Shown: positions 1 to 10,805 of the stretch, piece by piece
Layout: each line of letters begins with the position of its first letter
Position numbering within the stretch: position 1 is the stretch's first letter
From: Gammaproteobacteria bacterium
GTDB taxonomy: Bacteria; Pseudomonadota; Gammaproteobacteria; UBA4575
Assembly: GCA_965243395.1 (NCBI GenBank)
Contig: CBDEUS010000002.1
Span: 928,001 to 992,000 of the forward strand
Length of the DNA: 64,000 bases
Reading direction: 5' to 3'
Made by a program: the position numbers and the translations under genes
The notes under the pieces: model-generated
Databases searched by the model: none
Seen by the model: the letters and a program-made list of their open reading frames with translations, nothing else
Told to the model about the DNA's origin: nothing

Positions 1-1
1 A

Positions 2-589
2 GCGGATGCAATTTTAGTTCATCATGGCTATTTTTGGCGTAATGAAGAAGCCCAGATAACGGGTATTAAGCGCAAACGAATTGCAACACTGTTAGATCAT
101 AATATTAGTCTTTTAGCCTATCATTTACCGCTCGATGCACATCCAGAGGTTGGAAATAATGTGCAGCTTGGCCAATTATTAGGCATCCAAATAGATGGTG
201 AGTTGCTAAATAGCTCTCATAGTATTTGTGGAAGTTATGGTCGTCTAAAAACTCCTTTGCCAGCTGAGCAATTTAAACAGCTAATTGATAAAACACTAGG
301 TAGAAAAAGTACCCATATCCATGCTGGGTCATCCGATATAACCACAATTGGTTGGTGTACAGGTGCTGGGCAAGCTTTCATCGAAATAGCAGTGCGACAA
401 GAATTAGACGCTTATATAAGTGGTGAAATTTCTGAAGCGACTACCCATATAGCGCGTGAGTCAGGTATTCATTATTTTGCTGCGGGACATCATGCAACCG
501 AGCGATATGGCGTCCAAGCACTTGGTGCAAATTTAGCTAAACAATTTGGGATAGAGCACGAATTTGTAGATGTGGATAACCCCGCGTAA
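2..589 (+). CDS. Nif3-like dinuclear metal-centre protein (YbgI/GTP cyclohydrolase 1 type 2 family), 5'-truncated by window edge
   Basis: Frame is open from base 2 (ADAILVHHGYFW...AYHLPLDAHPEVGNN) and ends with the family motif AAGHHATERYG. The ORF track start at 161 is internal. Confidence 0.9.
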   Translation, partial: ADAILVHHGYFWRNEEAQITGIKRKRIATLLDHNISLLAYHLPLDAHPEVGNNVQLGQLLGIQIDGELLNSSHSICGSYGRLKTPLPAEQFKQLIDKTLGRKSTHIHAGSSDITTIGWCTGAGQAFIEIAVRQELDAYISGEISEATTHIARESGIHYFAAGHHATERYGVQALGANLAKQFGIEHEFVDVDNPA

Positions 590-613
590 TTAAAGCAATT
601 TTTTAACTTCTAC

Positions 614-642
614 TTGACGAAATTGGGTTCTTGCGCCATCCT
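614..642 (+). promoter_or_regulatory. Candidate sigma70 promoter for petABC
   Basis: TTGACG-17 nt-CATCCT about 120 nt upstream of petA; the -10 match is weak. Confidence 0.4.
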
Positions 643-760
643 ACTCGTCCTTTGTGAGGCTGCATTCACAAAAAAACATTAAATAAAAATCATCAATATT
701 TCATCTTTTAAAGTTAACTAGTCCCAAGACTTCGTTGTGTAAAGCTAGGAGAGTGAGTAC

Positions 761-1360
761 ATGGCAAAAGACAACATTGATCACAATCGCCGCAAAGCAC
801 TGACAAATAGTGTCGCAGTAGTAGGTGGCGTTGGCGCTGCGGTTGCAACTTGGCCCTTTATTTCAAGCATGAATCCAAGTGCGAGTGCACTTGCTGCAGG
901 TGCACCGGTAGAAGTAGATGTCAGCAAAATGGAACCGGGACAACAAATTCAGGAAATTTGGCGTCGTAAACCTGTTTGGATTATTCGTCGTACTCCTGAG
1001 ATGGTACAAACCCTTGCCGGTTTAACAGATAAGCTTCGTGACCCCGATTCTAAAGAAATTTCTCAGCAACCAGCTTTTGCACAAAACGAAATACGTTCAA
1101 TTAAACAAGAATATTTAGTGCTCATTGGGATTTGCACACATTTAGGTTGCTCGCCTGAATTTAAACCTGACCCAGGTGGTAACTTAGGAGCAACATGGCG
1201 GGGTGGATTTTATTGTGCATGCCATGGCTCACGTTTTGATTTGGCAGGGCGTGTATACAAAAATATGCCTGCTAATAAAAATTTGGCAGTGCCTCCTTAT
1301 CATTTTGTTAGTGATAACAGAATATTGATCGGCCTAACACAAGATGAGGCTAAAGCATGA
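761..1360 (+). CDS. petA: Ubiquinol-cytochrome c reductase Rieske iron-sulfur subunit
   Basis: Twin-Arg signal (RRKAL), Rieske boxes CTHLGC and CACHGS, AGGAG RBS, first gene of petABC. Confidence 0.97.
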   Translation: MAKDNIDHNRRKALTNSVAVVGGVGAAVATWPFISSMNPSASALAAGAPVEVDVSKMEPGQQIQEIWRRKPVWIIRRTPEMVQTLAGLTDKLRDPDSKEISQQPAFAQNEIRSIKQEYLVLIGICTHLGCSPEFKPDPGGNLGATWRGGFYCACHGSRFDLAGRVYKNMPANKNLAVPPYHFVSDNRILIGLTQDEAKA

Positions 1361-2775
1361 GTGAGTCATCAAAAACTGTAGAGCCTCAGGGTCTGTTGGG
1401 TTGGATAGATGCTCGTTTTCCTCTCACCAAGATGATAAGGGAGCATCTATCGGAATATTATGCACCGAAAAATTTTAACTTCTGGTACTTCTTTGGTTCC
1501 CTCGCGTTACTTGTACTCGTTATTCAAATTTTAACCGGTATCTTTTTAACTATGCATTATAAACCTGATGCAGAACTAGCATTTGCATCGGTAGAACACA
1601 TCATGCGTGATGTGAATTGGGGCTGGTTAATTCGTTATATGCATTCTACGGGCGCATCATTCTTTTTTATTGTTGTGTATTTGCACATGTTCAGAGGTTT
1701 GATGTATGGCTCATTCAAAAGTCCCCGTGAACTCATTTGGATTTTTGGCATGCTTATATATGTTGCCTTAATGGCTGAAGCTTTCATGGGTTATTTATTG
1801 CCTTGGGGCAATATGTCTTACTGGGGTGCACAAGTAATTATTAACTTGTTTAACACCATCCCTGGAGTTGGCGAAGCGATTTCTGAATGGTTGCGTGGTG
1901 ATTTTGTAATTTCTGATGCCACGTTGAATCGATTTTTCTCATTGCACGTCATTGCAGTTCCTCTTGCATTGTTAGGTTTAATCGTTGGGCATATTCTTGC
2001 TTTGCATGAAGTAGGCTCTAACAACCCTGATGGTGTTGAAATTAAAAAGCTTAAAGATGCAAATGGCGTACCACTAGATGGAATTCCTTTTCACCCATAC
2101 TACACCGTGAAAGATATTTTTGGAGCGGTGGTGTTCTTAGCAATATTTTCTGGCGTTGTATTTTTCTGGCCTGAAGTAAACGGTTATTTCTTAGAGCATG
2201 CTAACTTTGATCCTGCAAATCCGTTAAATACGCCGGATCATATTGCACCCATTTGGTATTTCACGCCGTTTTACACTGTTTTGCGTGCCGTACCCAATCC
2301 ATTTGGTGGATTCTTAATGATGGGTTTAGCCATCATAGTTCTATTCTTCTTGCCATGGATAGATCGTAATCCTATTAGATCAATCAGATATCGTAGCTTA
2401 TTATTCAAGATAAACTTATGGATATTTGCCATTACATTTATCATTCTAGGTTATTTGGGATTAAAGCCTGTTACAGATTTATATTCACAATTAGCTTTAC
2501 GTTTTACGCAAATTTATTTCATATTTTTCTTTGTGTTGTGGGCCTATAACAAACCGCGTTCAAATGGATTCTGGACAGGTAGTTTTATAGTGCTTTTAGG
2601 AAGCATCGTTTTATATGACTTTGTAAGGAGTAGGGGTGTGGATGATCCATCCATAATTGCGTTGACTTGGTGGACCTTGTTAATTCCTGCAGTATATTTA
2701 TTTCTAACCCTGTTGATGCCAGAGCTATCGAATTGGGATCGAGAAAAAGAAGTTCCAGAGCGAGTGACATCATGA
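1357..2775 (+). CDS. petB: Cytochrome b of bc1 complex
   Basis: YYAPKNFNFWYFFG, GWLIRYMHSTGAS, RFFSLH, PFHPYY and PIWY (PEWY-equivalent) motifs; ATGA overlap with petA. Confidence 0.97.
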   Translation: MSESSKTVEPQGLLGWIDARFPLTKMIREHLSEYYAPKNFNFWYFFGSLALLVLVIQILTGIFLTMHYKPDAELAFASVEHIMRDVNWGWLIRYMHSTGASFFFIVVYLHMFRGLMYGSFKSPRELIWIFGMLIYVALMAEAFMGYLLPWGNMSYWGAQVIINLFNTIPGVGEAISEWLRGDFVISDATLNRFFSLHVIAVPLALLGLIVGHILALHEVGSNNPDGVEIKKLKDANGVPLDGIPFHPYYTVKDIFGAVVFLAIFSGVVFFWPEVNGYFLEHANFDPANPLNTPDHIAPIWYFTPFYTVLRAVPNPFGGFLMMGLAIIVLFFLPWIDRNPIRSIRYRSLLFKINLWIFAITFIILGYLGLKPVTDLYSQLALRFTQIYFIFFFVLWAYNKPRSNGFWTGSFIVLLGSIVLYDFVRSRGVDDPSIIALTWWTLLIPAVYLFLTLLMPELSNWDREKEVPERVTS

Positions 2776-3542
2776 AAATGCTAAACAAATTATTTTTCCT
2801 GTTCACTTTATTCTTCTCAACCACCGGAATTGTATGGAGTGCAGGTGGTGGGAATGATGATTTAGAAAAACAACTAGGCAAAGTTCATATCCAGCTAAGT
2901 AATAAGGCTTCATTACAGCGTGGTGCGAAGTACTTTGTGAACTATTGTTTAAGTTGCCATCCTGCACAACATAGTCGTTATAAAAGAGTGGCAGATGATC
3001 TGGGTATTCCAGAAGATAAAATGATCGAAAATTTAATTTTCACTGGCCAAAAGTTTGGTGATTTAATGACTGTGGCAATGAAACGTGAGGATGCGAAAAC
3101 ATGGTTTCTAGGTGTGGACCCACCTGATTTAAGTACGCATGTGCGTGCTATCGGACCACAAGCAGTTTATAACTTTCTTATGTCGTTTTATATTGATGAA
3201 TCTCGCCCATTTGGTGTGAATAATCTGCATTTAAATAACACCGCCATGCCACATGTATTAGCAGACTTGCAAGGATTGCAACGTGCTGATTTTCATATAG
3301 CTCCTGATCCGAGTGGTATAGAACATAAAGAGTTTGATCAATTTGAATTAGTTCAGCCAGGTTCATTAACTGAAGATGAATATAAACAAGTCGTAACTGA
3401 TTTAGTTAATTTTCTAGCCTACCTTAGTGAGCCCGCGCAATTAGTTCGTAAAAAAGTAGGTACTGGCGTACTGATATTTCTCGCTTTTCTAGGTGTAATT
3501 GCTTATTTCTTGAAGAAGAATTATTGGCAAGACGTACACTAA
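2772..3542 (+). CDS. petC: Cytochrome c1
   Basis: SLQRGAKYFVNYCLSCH heme motif, PPDLS, AMPHVL, C-terminal TM anchor. Start set at ATG 2772, which overlaps the petB stop (ATGA). Confidence 0.95.
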   Translation: MKMLNKLFFLFTLFFSTTGIVWSAGGGNDDLEKQLGKVHIQLSNKASLQRGAKYFVNYCLSCHPAQHSRYKRVADDLGIPEDKMIENLIFTGQKFGDLMTVAMKREDAKTWFLGVDPPDLSTHVRAIGPQAVYNFLMSFYIDESRPFGVNNLHLNNTAMPHVLADLQGLQRADFHIAPDPSGIEHKEFDQFELVQPGSLTEDEYKQVVTDLVNFLAYLSEPAQLVRKKVGTGVLIFLAFLGVIAYFLKKNYWQDVH

Positions 3543-3584
3543 AAATTTGCTCATAACCTTTAAAACAAAAATAAAGAGATTAAT

Positions 3585-4214
3585 ATGGCCTTAGTTGCAA
3601 ACCGTCGCTCGGGAATGACGCTATTTTCGGATCCACATTGTGCCCAGAGTCATCGTACTCGTATCGTTTTAGCGGAAAAAGATATTACGGTTGATGTTGT
3701 ACACATTGATCCAAACAACAAACCCGAAGATTTGCTTGATGTAAATCCATATAACTCTGTCCCTACACTCATCGATCGAGAATTGGTGCTTTATGATGCC
3801 CGCGTCATTATGGAATACTTGGATGAGCGTTTTCCTCATCCGCCATTAATGCCTGTAGATCCTGTATCACGTTCTAAATCACGTCTGGCATTGTTTCATA
3901 TTGAAAAAGATTGGTATGTACCGTTAAGTGAAATTAATTCAAGTAATACTATTGCCGCAGATAACGCAAAAAAAGCTTTGCAAGAAAGCATACTTTCTAC
4001 AGTAGAAGTGTTTAATGCAAAGCCGTATTTTTTAAGTGATGAATTTAGTTTGGTAGATTGCAGTATTGCTCCCATTTTATGGAGATTACCTTATTTCGGT
4101 ATCAAACTAGGTGCATCAGCAAAGCCTATTATGCAATATGCTGAACGTGTATTTGATCGACCTTCTTTCCGAAGTAGTCTTTCTGAAGAAGAAGTCGAAA
4201 TGTGGCCAGGTTAG
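3585..4214 (+). CDS. sspA: Stringent starvation protein A (GST-fold)
   Basis: MALVANRRSGMTLFS, NPYNSVPTLIDR, EYLDERFPHPPLMPV; usual position after petC. Confidence 0.95.
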   Translation: MALVANRRSGMTLFSDPHCAQSHRTRIVLAEKDITVDVVHIDPNNKPEDLLDVNPYNSVPTLIDRELVLYDARVIMEYLDERFPHPPLMPVDPVSRSKSRLALFHIEKDWYVPLSEINSSNTIAADNAKKALQESILSTVEVFNAKPYFLSDEFSLVDCSIAPILWRLPYFGIKLGASAKPIMQYAERVFDRPSFRSSLSEEEVEMWPG

Positions 4215-4264
4215 TCGACAAAAAACTTTAAGCTTTAACTTCTAAACGAAATCAAAAAATCGTC

Positions 4265-4648
4265 ATGACATCAAGCCGTCCATACTTATTAAGAGCAATG
4301 TATGAGTGGATTGTCGATAATGGTATGACGCCATATGTTTTGGTCGATACACGAAATGATCAAGTTAAGATCCCCCGACAATATGAAGAAGACGGCAAAA
4401 TTGTATTAAATATCGGTCCAGCAGCTGTAGGATCACTAGATATAAACAATCAGGCTTTAAGTTTTGATGCTAGGTTTGATGGCGATTCTATGGATATATA
4501 TGTTCCTATGGAATTTATTTTAGCAATTTATACACGTGAAAATGGACAAGGAATGATGTTTGCTGATGAAGACATGCCACCCCCTGGGGATGATTCAGAA
4601 CAAGGTTCAGGAAAACAAAAGCAGCCTCATCTTCGTGTTGTAAAATGA
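4265..4648 (+). CDS. sspB: ClpXP adaptor SspB
   Basis: [20 protein letters not shown]-terminus and C-terminal ClpX-binding PHLRVVK. Confidence 0.96.
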   Translation: MTSSRPYLLRAMYEWIVDNGMTPYVLVDTRNDQVKIPRQYEEDGKIVLNIGPAAVGSLDINNQALSFDARFDGDSMDIYVPMEFILAIYTRENGQGMMFADEDMPPPGDDSEQGSGKQKQPHLRVVK

Positions 4649-5169
4649 TTAAAATTTTACAAGACGATATCACAATTTTAAAAATTGATGCCATTGTAAA
4701 TGCGGCAAACAATAGTTTGCTCGGTGGTGGTGGAGTAGATGGCGCTATCCATAAAGCTGCGGGTCCTGAACTTCTAGAATTTAATAAAACTTTAAATGGC
4801 TGTGAAACAGGTGAAGCAAAAATTTCTCCCGGTTTCAAACTTCCTGCAAATTGGATCATTCATACAGTAGGACCGGTGTGGCAAGGCGGTAATCAAGGTG
4901 AACCTGAATTGCTTGCACAGTGTTATAAAAATAGTTTTGAACTTGCTCTCGAAAATCAAATTAAATCTATCGCTTTTCCAGCAATCAGTACAGGAGTGTA
5001 TGGATATCCAAAACAGGCTGCAGCGCTAATTGCAATTCAACAGTTACAAAATTTTGATGAAAAATTTGATGAGGTAATTGCTTGCTGTTTTAGCGAAGTG
5101 GATGTAGAGATTTATGAGAGATTATTAGCTGAGTATAGATCTTACGAATATGAGTCAAATCATGGGTGA
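4645..5169 (+). CDS. Macrodomain O-acetyl-ADP-ribose deacetylase (YmdB-like)
   Basis: [43 protein letters not shown]. Confidence 0.93.
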   Translation: MIKILQDDITILKIDAIVNAANNSLLGGGGVDGAIHKAAGPELLEFNKTLNGCETGEAKISPGFKLPANWIIHTVGPVWQGGNQGEPELLAQCYKNSFELALENQIKSIAFPAISTGVYGYPKQAAALIAIQQLQNFDEKFDEVIACCFSEVDVEIYERLLAEYRSYEYESNHG

Positions 5170-5196
5170 TTTGTATTTCTAATGACTTTAATCTGA

Positions 5197-5238
5197 AACA
5201 ACATCCCTGTTGTTACTCTTATTCGCACATCCATATGC
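5197..5238 (-). promoter_or_regulatory. Two tandem GGA-loop hairpins (CsrA/RsmA-type binding sites)
   Basis: Minus strand reads GCATA-TGGA-TGTGC (5225-5238) and AACAACA-GGGA-TGTTGTT (5197-5214), directly after the FAD-oxidase stop. Confidence 0.55.
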
Positions 5239-5241
5239 TCA

Positions 5242-6615
5242 CTACGGTAGTGTCTTTCCGGGATTTAGAATGTTATTGGGGTCAAACTGTTGTTTGATTT
5301 TATGCATTAAAGAAAGTGTTGCAGCATCAATTTCTTGAGATACAAATTCGCGTTTAGTTAATCCCACCCCATGTTCACCTGAAAGTGTGCCGCCTAGTTT
5401 TAATACCTGTTCAAAAACTTCGCTTAAACATGTTTTAGCTGCAGCCTCTTGCTTATTTGCGTCATATAAAAGATTGACATGTAAGTTACCATTGCCTGCA
5501 TGACCAAAATTAAAAATTGCAATGTCATGTTTTTTGCTTAATTTTTCAAGTTCAATTAATAGCGCGGGTAATTGAGTAACAGGCACCACTACATCTTCGT
5601 TAATTTTGTTTGGAGCAAAACTACGCAAAGCAGGAGACAATACTTTACGTGCTGCCCACAAGTCCGTTTTTTGTTTTGTATCTTCAGCGGTTTGAAGTTC
5701 GATGCACCCATTATTTTGTGCTGCATTCAATACTGCCTCTGTGCTAACTGCAATACTTTTCTTGAGGCCATCCACTTCTATCATCAACATCGCTTGTGCT
5801 TGAGGATTTATCTCAAGACTGGAATGCTGACGAATTAAGTTCAGTGACCCAGTGTCAATAAACTCCAACGCATACGGTAATGTGTTTTGTGCGAGCATAT
5901 TGATGACAGCATCAATTGCAGCACCGGTGTTTTTATAAAGTGCACGAACAGTATTAATATGCTGCGGTTTAGGATGAAGTTTTAATCGTGCTTCAGTAAT
6001 AACACCTAAGGTTCCTTCGCTGCCTATTAGTAAGCGAGTGAGATCTAATCCTACAACACCTTTTGTGGTTGCGCTGCCGGTATGGATAGTTTCGCCTGTT
6101 CCTGTAACGACTTTAAGGCCCAAAGTATTTTCTCTACAAGTTCCAAATTTCACAGCGCGAGGTCCAGCAGCATTGCAAGCCAAATTACCACCCACAGTAC
6201 AATAATCTGCGCTACTCGGGTCGGGTGGCCAAAATAAATTTTGCTCAGTTGCACATTTTTGAATGTCTGCATTTATTACACCCGGCTCTACCCGCATGTT
6301 TCGATTATCAATATCCAATTCGATTATTTGATTCATACGTTCCGTTGATAGTACGACACCAGACTGCACGGGAACGGCAGCACCTGTGGTCCCAGTACCA
6401 CGTCCTCTTGTGGTAAGTGGAATGTAATGTTCATTGCAAATTTTTACACAGCTTACAATTTGTTCGTGTTTTGTAGGAAGTAAAACAAGATCAGGACAAG
6501 CATGTTGCTTGCTGTTGTCATAGCCATAGGCCCAGCACTCACCTTGATCAGTAAGTACAGCATTTTTACCACAAGCTTCAATAAATTTGTTTGTAATGTG
6601 TGAATCTAAAGCCAC
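5242..6615 (-). CDS. FAD-linked oxidase (GlcD/D-2-hydroxyacid dehydrogenase family)
   Basis: RGRGTG FAD loop, PPDPSS, GSEGTLG, FGHAGNGNLH, SGEHGVG, FDPNNILNPGK. Confidence 0.9.
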   Translation of the reverse strand: MALDSHITNKFIEACGKNAVLTDQGECWAYGYDNSKQHACPDLVLLPTKHEQIVSCVKICNEHYIPLTTRGRGTGTTGAAVPVQSGVVLSTERMNQIIELDIDNRNMRVEPGVINADIQKCATEQNLFWPPDPSSADYCTVGGNLACNAAGPRAVKFGTCRENTLGLKVVTGTGETIHTGSATTKGVVGLDLTRLLIGSEGTLGVITEARLKLHPKPQHINTVRALYKNTGAAIDAVINMLAQNTLPYALEFIDTGSLNLIRQHSSLEINPQAQAMLMIEVDGLKKSIAVSTEAVLNAAQNNGCIELQTAEDTKQKTDLWAARKVLSPALRSFAPNKINEDVVVPVTQLPALLIELEKLSKKHDIAIFNFGHAGNGNLHVNLLYDANKQEAAAKTCLSEVFEQVLKLGGTLSGEHGVGLTKREFVSQEIDAATLSLMHKIKQQFDPNNILNPGKTLP

Positions 6616-6629
6616 GTTTAACTAAACGT

Positions 6630-7575
<946 letters not shown>

Positions 7576-7582
7576 GCATCAT

Positions 7583-9514
7583 TTACTGGTTGGGCTCTAA
7601 TCGTGCTGAATAATCGGGTATTGAACCTAATGTTTCTGGTTTGCCTTTATTAAATTTAGCCCATACGAGTTCGCGATAAATTCTATTTTGTGAATCAATA
7701 CTTAACTTCCCTGTGGTGCCATCATAACGGTCAAATTCATTTGCAGCTAAGCGTTGTAAATGTGGAATCACTCGGTACGCATCAATTCCTAAAGCTGCGA
7801 AGCGTGGCAATCTAGAAGAGCTACTAGAGGCCTGTAAATCCAAGGAGTCTTTTAGTAATGCTATCGAAGGGTCATCAGTCAGTAACCAAGGTACATCGCA
7901 ATATGTAATACCATTAATATCCTGGTCAGCAGAAATGTTTTCATTTCCAGAATAAACATGTGAAGTAGCAAATACAGGCAAATCAGAGGCAAAGTGATAA
8001 CTTAACTGAGGGCGAATTAATCGCGCTTGTTGTGGTGATGCTGCAATGAAAACAAAGTCTGCATCTTGCCGTCGTCTTGGCTCAAATTCTACTTCGGCTT
8101 TAATTATCGATTGCACATTGCGTCGACGAAATTCGCTTTGATTGAGTTGTAATAAAGATTTAATAGCAACAGAGTAATCTGCATCTTGTGGAAAATAGCG
8201 TTCAGACTGCAACACTGTACCGCCTAATTCAAGAAAGCGACTGGAAAAAGCAGATAATAAACGCGTACCCCATTCACCTTCAGGAACGAGTACTAATGCA
8301 GTACTTTTATTTTCAAAAGCTGCGCGTTCAGCAACTTGTTTTGCTTCATCCTCAGGTAGCAAACCAAATTGGTATAAATTATTGGCACCTGTTAATACAT
8401 TGCCTGAGTAATTCAAAGATAATGTTGGCACAGGTAATGTGCCTTGGCTTGCCAATGAGCGTACAGCATCTTTTTGGAATGGCCCAATGATAAATTCGGC
8501 CCCTTCAGATACGGCACGGCGATAATAACTTACTGCTGATATAGGGTCATCGCCGGTGTCATAAACTACAAGTTCGGGTGGCGGGTTAAATGCTTCATCA
8601 AATTCACGTGCCGTAATAACACCTGAGTATACAGCTTCGGCAACTTTGCCATAACGTCCAGTGAGCGGTAATAGCAGCGCGATTTTATTTGGCGCTATAT
8701 GAAAAGCTGCATAATCCTGATTGACTGAGTCAATAATATGATTGGGGATGCGGTGTCCTGAGAATCTCTTTCTCCATTGCTGAATGGCATTATCAATGGA
8801 TGCCTGGTTTGCATGGGGTTGCTTTTGTATAGCTACTAAGCCTAACCAAGCGGCAAGTTCGAAATTATTATTGTTTTGTGACCATGAATGTAATTCTTCA
8901 GTATGAGTGTTAAGCAGCGACTGCCATATGAGCTCATTATTTTTTTTCAATTGTGCTGGTTTTTTCAATAAATTATTTAACGCAATGCGTGTTTCGATAG
9001 ATTGCTTGACTTGACCTACACTATTGAGAGCTTTAGCGCGAACAGCGAATAAATGTGGATTATATTTGTCTGAAAGATTAATTAATTTTTCTGGTACGGC
9101 ATTGAGTGCGAGCTGTGGCTGTCCATTCAATAATGCTAATTCAGCCGTTGCCACACGTTTGCGAACAAATAGATCTTGATTTAACGTGCTTTCATCAATT
9201 GCGCTTAAATATTGTTGAGCTTGAATTTTGGTCTCTGGTTGCAACACAGCTTCAGCCGCTCTAATTTGTAATGCTTCTTTTTGAGGTGATGGTTGATTCT
9301 CAGACTCAGACCAAAAAATAGCCGCAGCTTCTTGATACTTGCCTTCGCTAAGAAGCTTTTCGGCTTTGCGTGTTTGTGCATTGCCAGTGTTAAATACTTT
9401 GCTTGAGTCGAGAGAAAAATCAGCACAACTTGAAAGCATGAGCACAGCAAATAATGTTATAAATGCCAGTGCAAAAGAACTTTTTAATGAGTTTGGGTGT
9501 TGGGTTATTTGCAT
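7583..9514 (-). CDS. lpoA: Penicillin-binding protein activator LpoA (LppC family lipoprotein)
   Basis: Lipobox LSSC, helical N-domain, KIALLLPLTG, IIGPFQK, YQFGLLPEDEA, ALGIDAY; divergent from rsmI. Confidence 0.9.
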   Translation of the reverse strand: MQITQHPNSLKSSFALAFITLFAVLMLSSCADFSLDSSKVFNTGNAQTRKAEKLLSEGKYQEAAAIFWSESENQPSPQKEALQIRAAEAVLQPETKIQAQQYLSAIDESTLNQDLFVRKRVATAELALLNGQPQLALNAVPEKLINLSDKYNPHLFAVRAKALNSVGQVKQSIETRIALNNLLKKPAQLKKNNELIWQSLLNTHTEELHSWSQNNNNFELAAWLGLVAIQKQPHANQASIDNAIQQWRKRFSGHRIPNHIIDSVNQDYAAFHIAPNKIALLLPLTGRYGKVAEAVYSGVITAREFDEAFNPPPELVVYDTGDDPISAVSYYRRAVSEGAEFIIGPFQKDAVRSLASQGTLPVPTLSLNYSGNVLTGANNLYQFGLLPEDEAKQVAERAAFENKSTALVLVPEGEWGTRLLSAFSSRFLELGGTVLQSERYFPQDADYSVAIKSLLQLNQSEFRRRNVQSIIKAEVEFEPRRRQDADFVFIAASPQQARLIRPQLSYHFASDLPVFATSHVYSGNENISADQDINGITYCDVPWLLTDDPSIALLKDSLDLQASSSSSRLPRFAALGIDAYRVIPHLQRLAANEFDRYDGTTGKLSIDSQNRIYRELVWAKFNKGKPETLGSIPDYSARLEPNQ

Positions 9515-9546
9515 TAATATGTCTGCTTTAAATTTCTAATTAATAT

Positions 9547-10398
9547 ATGAGTGATTCAGGCACTTTGTACATTATTGCTACGCCTATAGGTAATCTTGCA
9601 GATATTTCTCTGCGAGCGTTAGACACTATAAAGGCTGTTAAGGTTTTATATGCCGAAGATACTCGAGTGACTCAACACTTATTAGAGCACTATGGTATCC
9701 AAGCTAAATTGCTGTCGCTACATGATTTTAATGAATCTAAGAGGATATCTTCAGTTATTGAGTACCTGCAAGCAGGAAATGATGTTGGTCTAGTATCTGA
9801 TGCGGGAACTCCGCTTATAAGTGATCCAGGATATAAATTGGTGGCGACCGTACAGGATGCGGGATTTGATGTACGCGCAATACCTGGGGCGAGTGCACTG
9901 ACAGCGGCACTTTCGGTATGTGGTTTACCAACCGATCGCTTTGTATTCGAAGGGTTTCTGCCTAAAACTGCCAACGATCGGTCTAAACGATTAGCTATGT
10001 TGAAGTTTGAATCTCGTACGATGGTATTTTATGAATCACCGCAACGTATAGAAGCATCTATACAATCTTGTATCGAAACAATGGGGGGTGATCGCAAAGC
10101 AGCATTATTACGTGAAATGACAAAACACTACGAACAACATTTTTGTGCTGATTTGAATACTATTCAGCAGCAGCTCGCGGGTCAAAAAGAAAAACTGCGA
10201 GGTGAGATGGTGTTGATTTTGCGTGGTAATGATTCGCAACAGGGCGAGGCCGAAATTGAAAAAGCCATGAAACTATTAGTGGACTTACAGCAGCATATAT
10301 CATTTAAAGACGCGGTTACTCTTGTGGCAAAACATACGGGTGTACGACGTAATCAGCTTTATTCTCATGGTCTAAAAGATAATTCTAATAATGAGTGA
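9547..10398 (+). CDS. rsmI: 16S rRNA C1402 2'-O-methyltransferase
   Basis: LYIIATPIGNLADIS, AEDTR, SDAGTPLISDPG, FEGFLP, YESP. Confidence 0.96.
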   Translation: MSDSGTLYIIATPIGNLADISLRALDTIKAVKVLYAEDTRVTQHLLEHYGIQAKLLSLHDFNESKRISSVIEYLQAGNDVGLVSDAGTPLISDPGYKLVATVQDAGFDVRAIPGASALTAALSVCGLPTDRFVFEGFLPKTANDRSKRLAMLKFESRTMVFYESPQRIEASIQSCIETMGGDRKAALLREMTKHYEQHFCADLNTIQQQLAGQKEKLRGEMVLILRGNDSQQGEAEIEKAMKLLVDLQQHISFKDAVTLVAKHTGVRRNQLYSHGLKDNSNNE

Positions 10399-10411
10399 GA
10401 GATGTTATCTT
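10383..10411 (+). promoter_or_regulatory. Candidate sigma70 promoter of rnpB
   Basis: TTCTAA-17 nt-TATCTT with an extended TG, ending 7 nt before the RNase P RNA 5' end. Confidence 0.45.
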
Positions 10412-10418
10412 GTATAGC

Positions 10419-10805
10419 GGAGTTAGCTAAGCAGTCGCTGCTCCACTTAATTTGATGGAGCATATGTTTTCCACCAAATTAAGTGGGGCAGAGGAAAGTC
10501 CGGGCTCTATGGGCAAGGTGCCAGGTAACGCCTGGAGAACGTGAGTTCATGGAAAGTGCAACAGAAAGTAAACCGCCTAAGTTTTTAATTTGGGCAAGGG
10601 TGAAAAGGTGTGGTAAGAGCGCACCGCACAACTGGTAACAGGAGTGGCAAGGTAAACCCCACCCAGAGCAAGACCAAATAGAGGGGCAAGGAGCAATCCA
10701 GCGCATGGCCCGTGCGGTCCCCGGGTAGGTTGCTCGAGGCTTGTGGTGACATAAGCCCTAGATGAATGACTGCTCTCGACAGAACCCGGCTTATCGGCTA
10801 ACTCC
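10419..10805 (+). ncRNA. rnpB: RNase P RNA, type A
   Basis: GAGGAAAGTCCGGGCTC, GGAAAGTGCAACAGA, GGGTGAAAAGGTGTGGTAAGAGCGCACC, GGTAAACCCCACC, ACAGAACCCGGCTTAT; termini GGAGTTAGC / GCTAACTCC pair as P1; usual rsmI-rnpB-mraZ position. Confidence 0.96.

Noticed and set aside
1210-1233. Rieske box CACHGS instead of CPCHGS, and PIWY instead of PEWY in PetB
   Set aside because: All Fe-S ligands are retained, and Glu-less PVWY-type motifs are normal in beta- and gammaproteobacteria.
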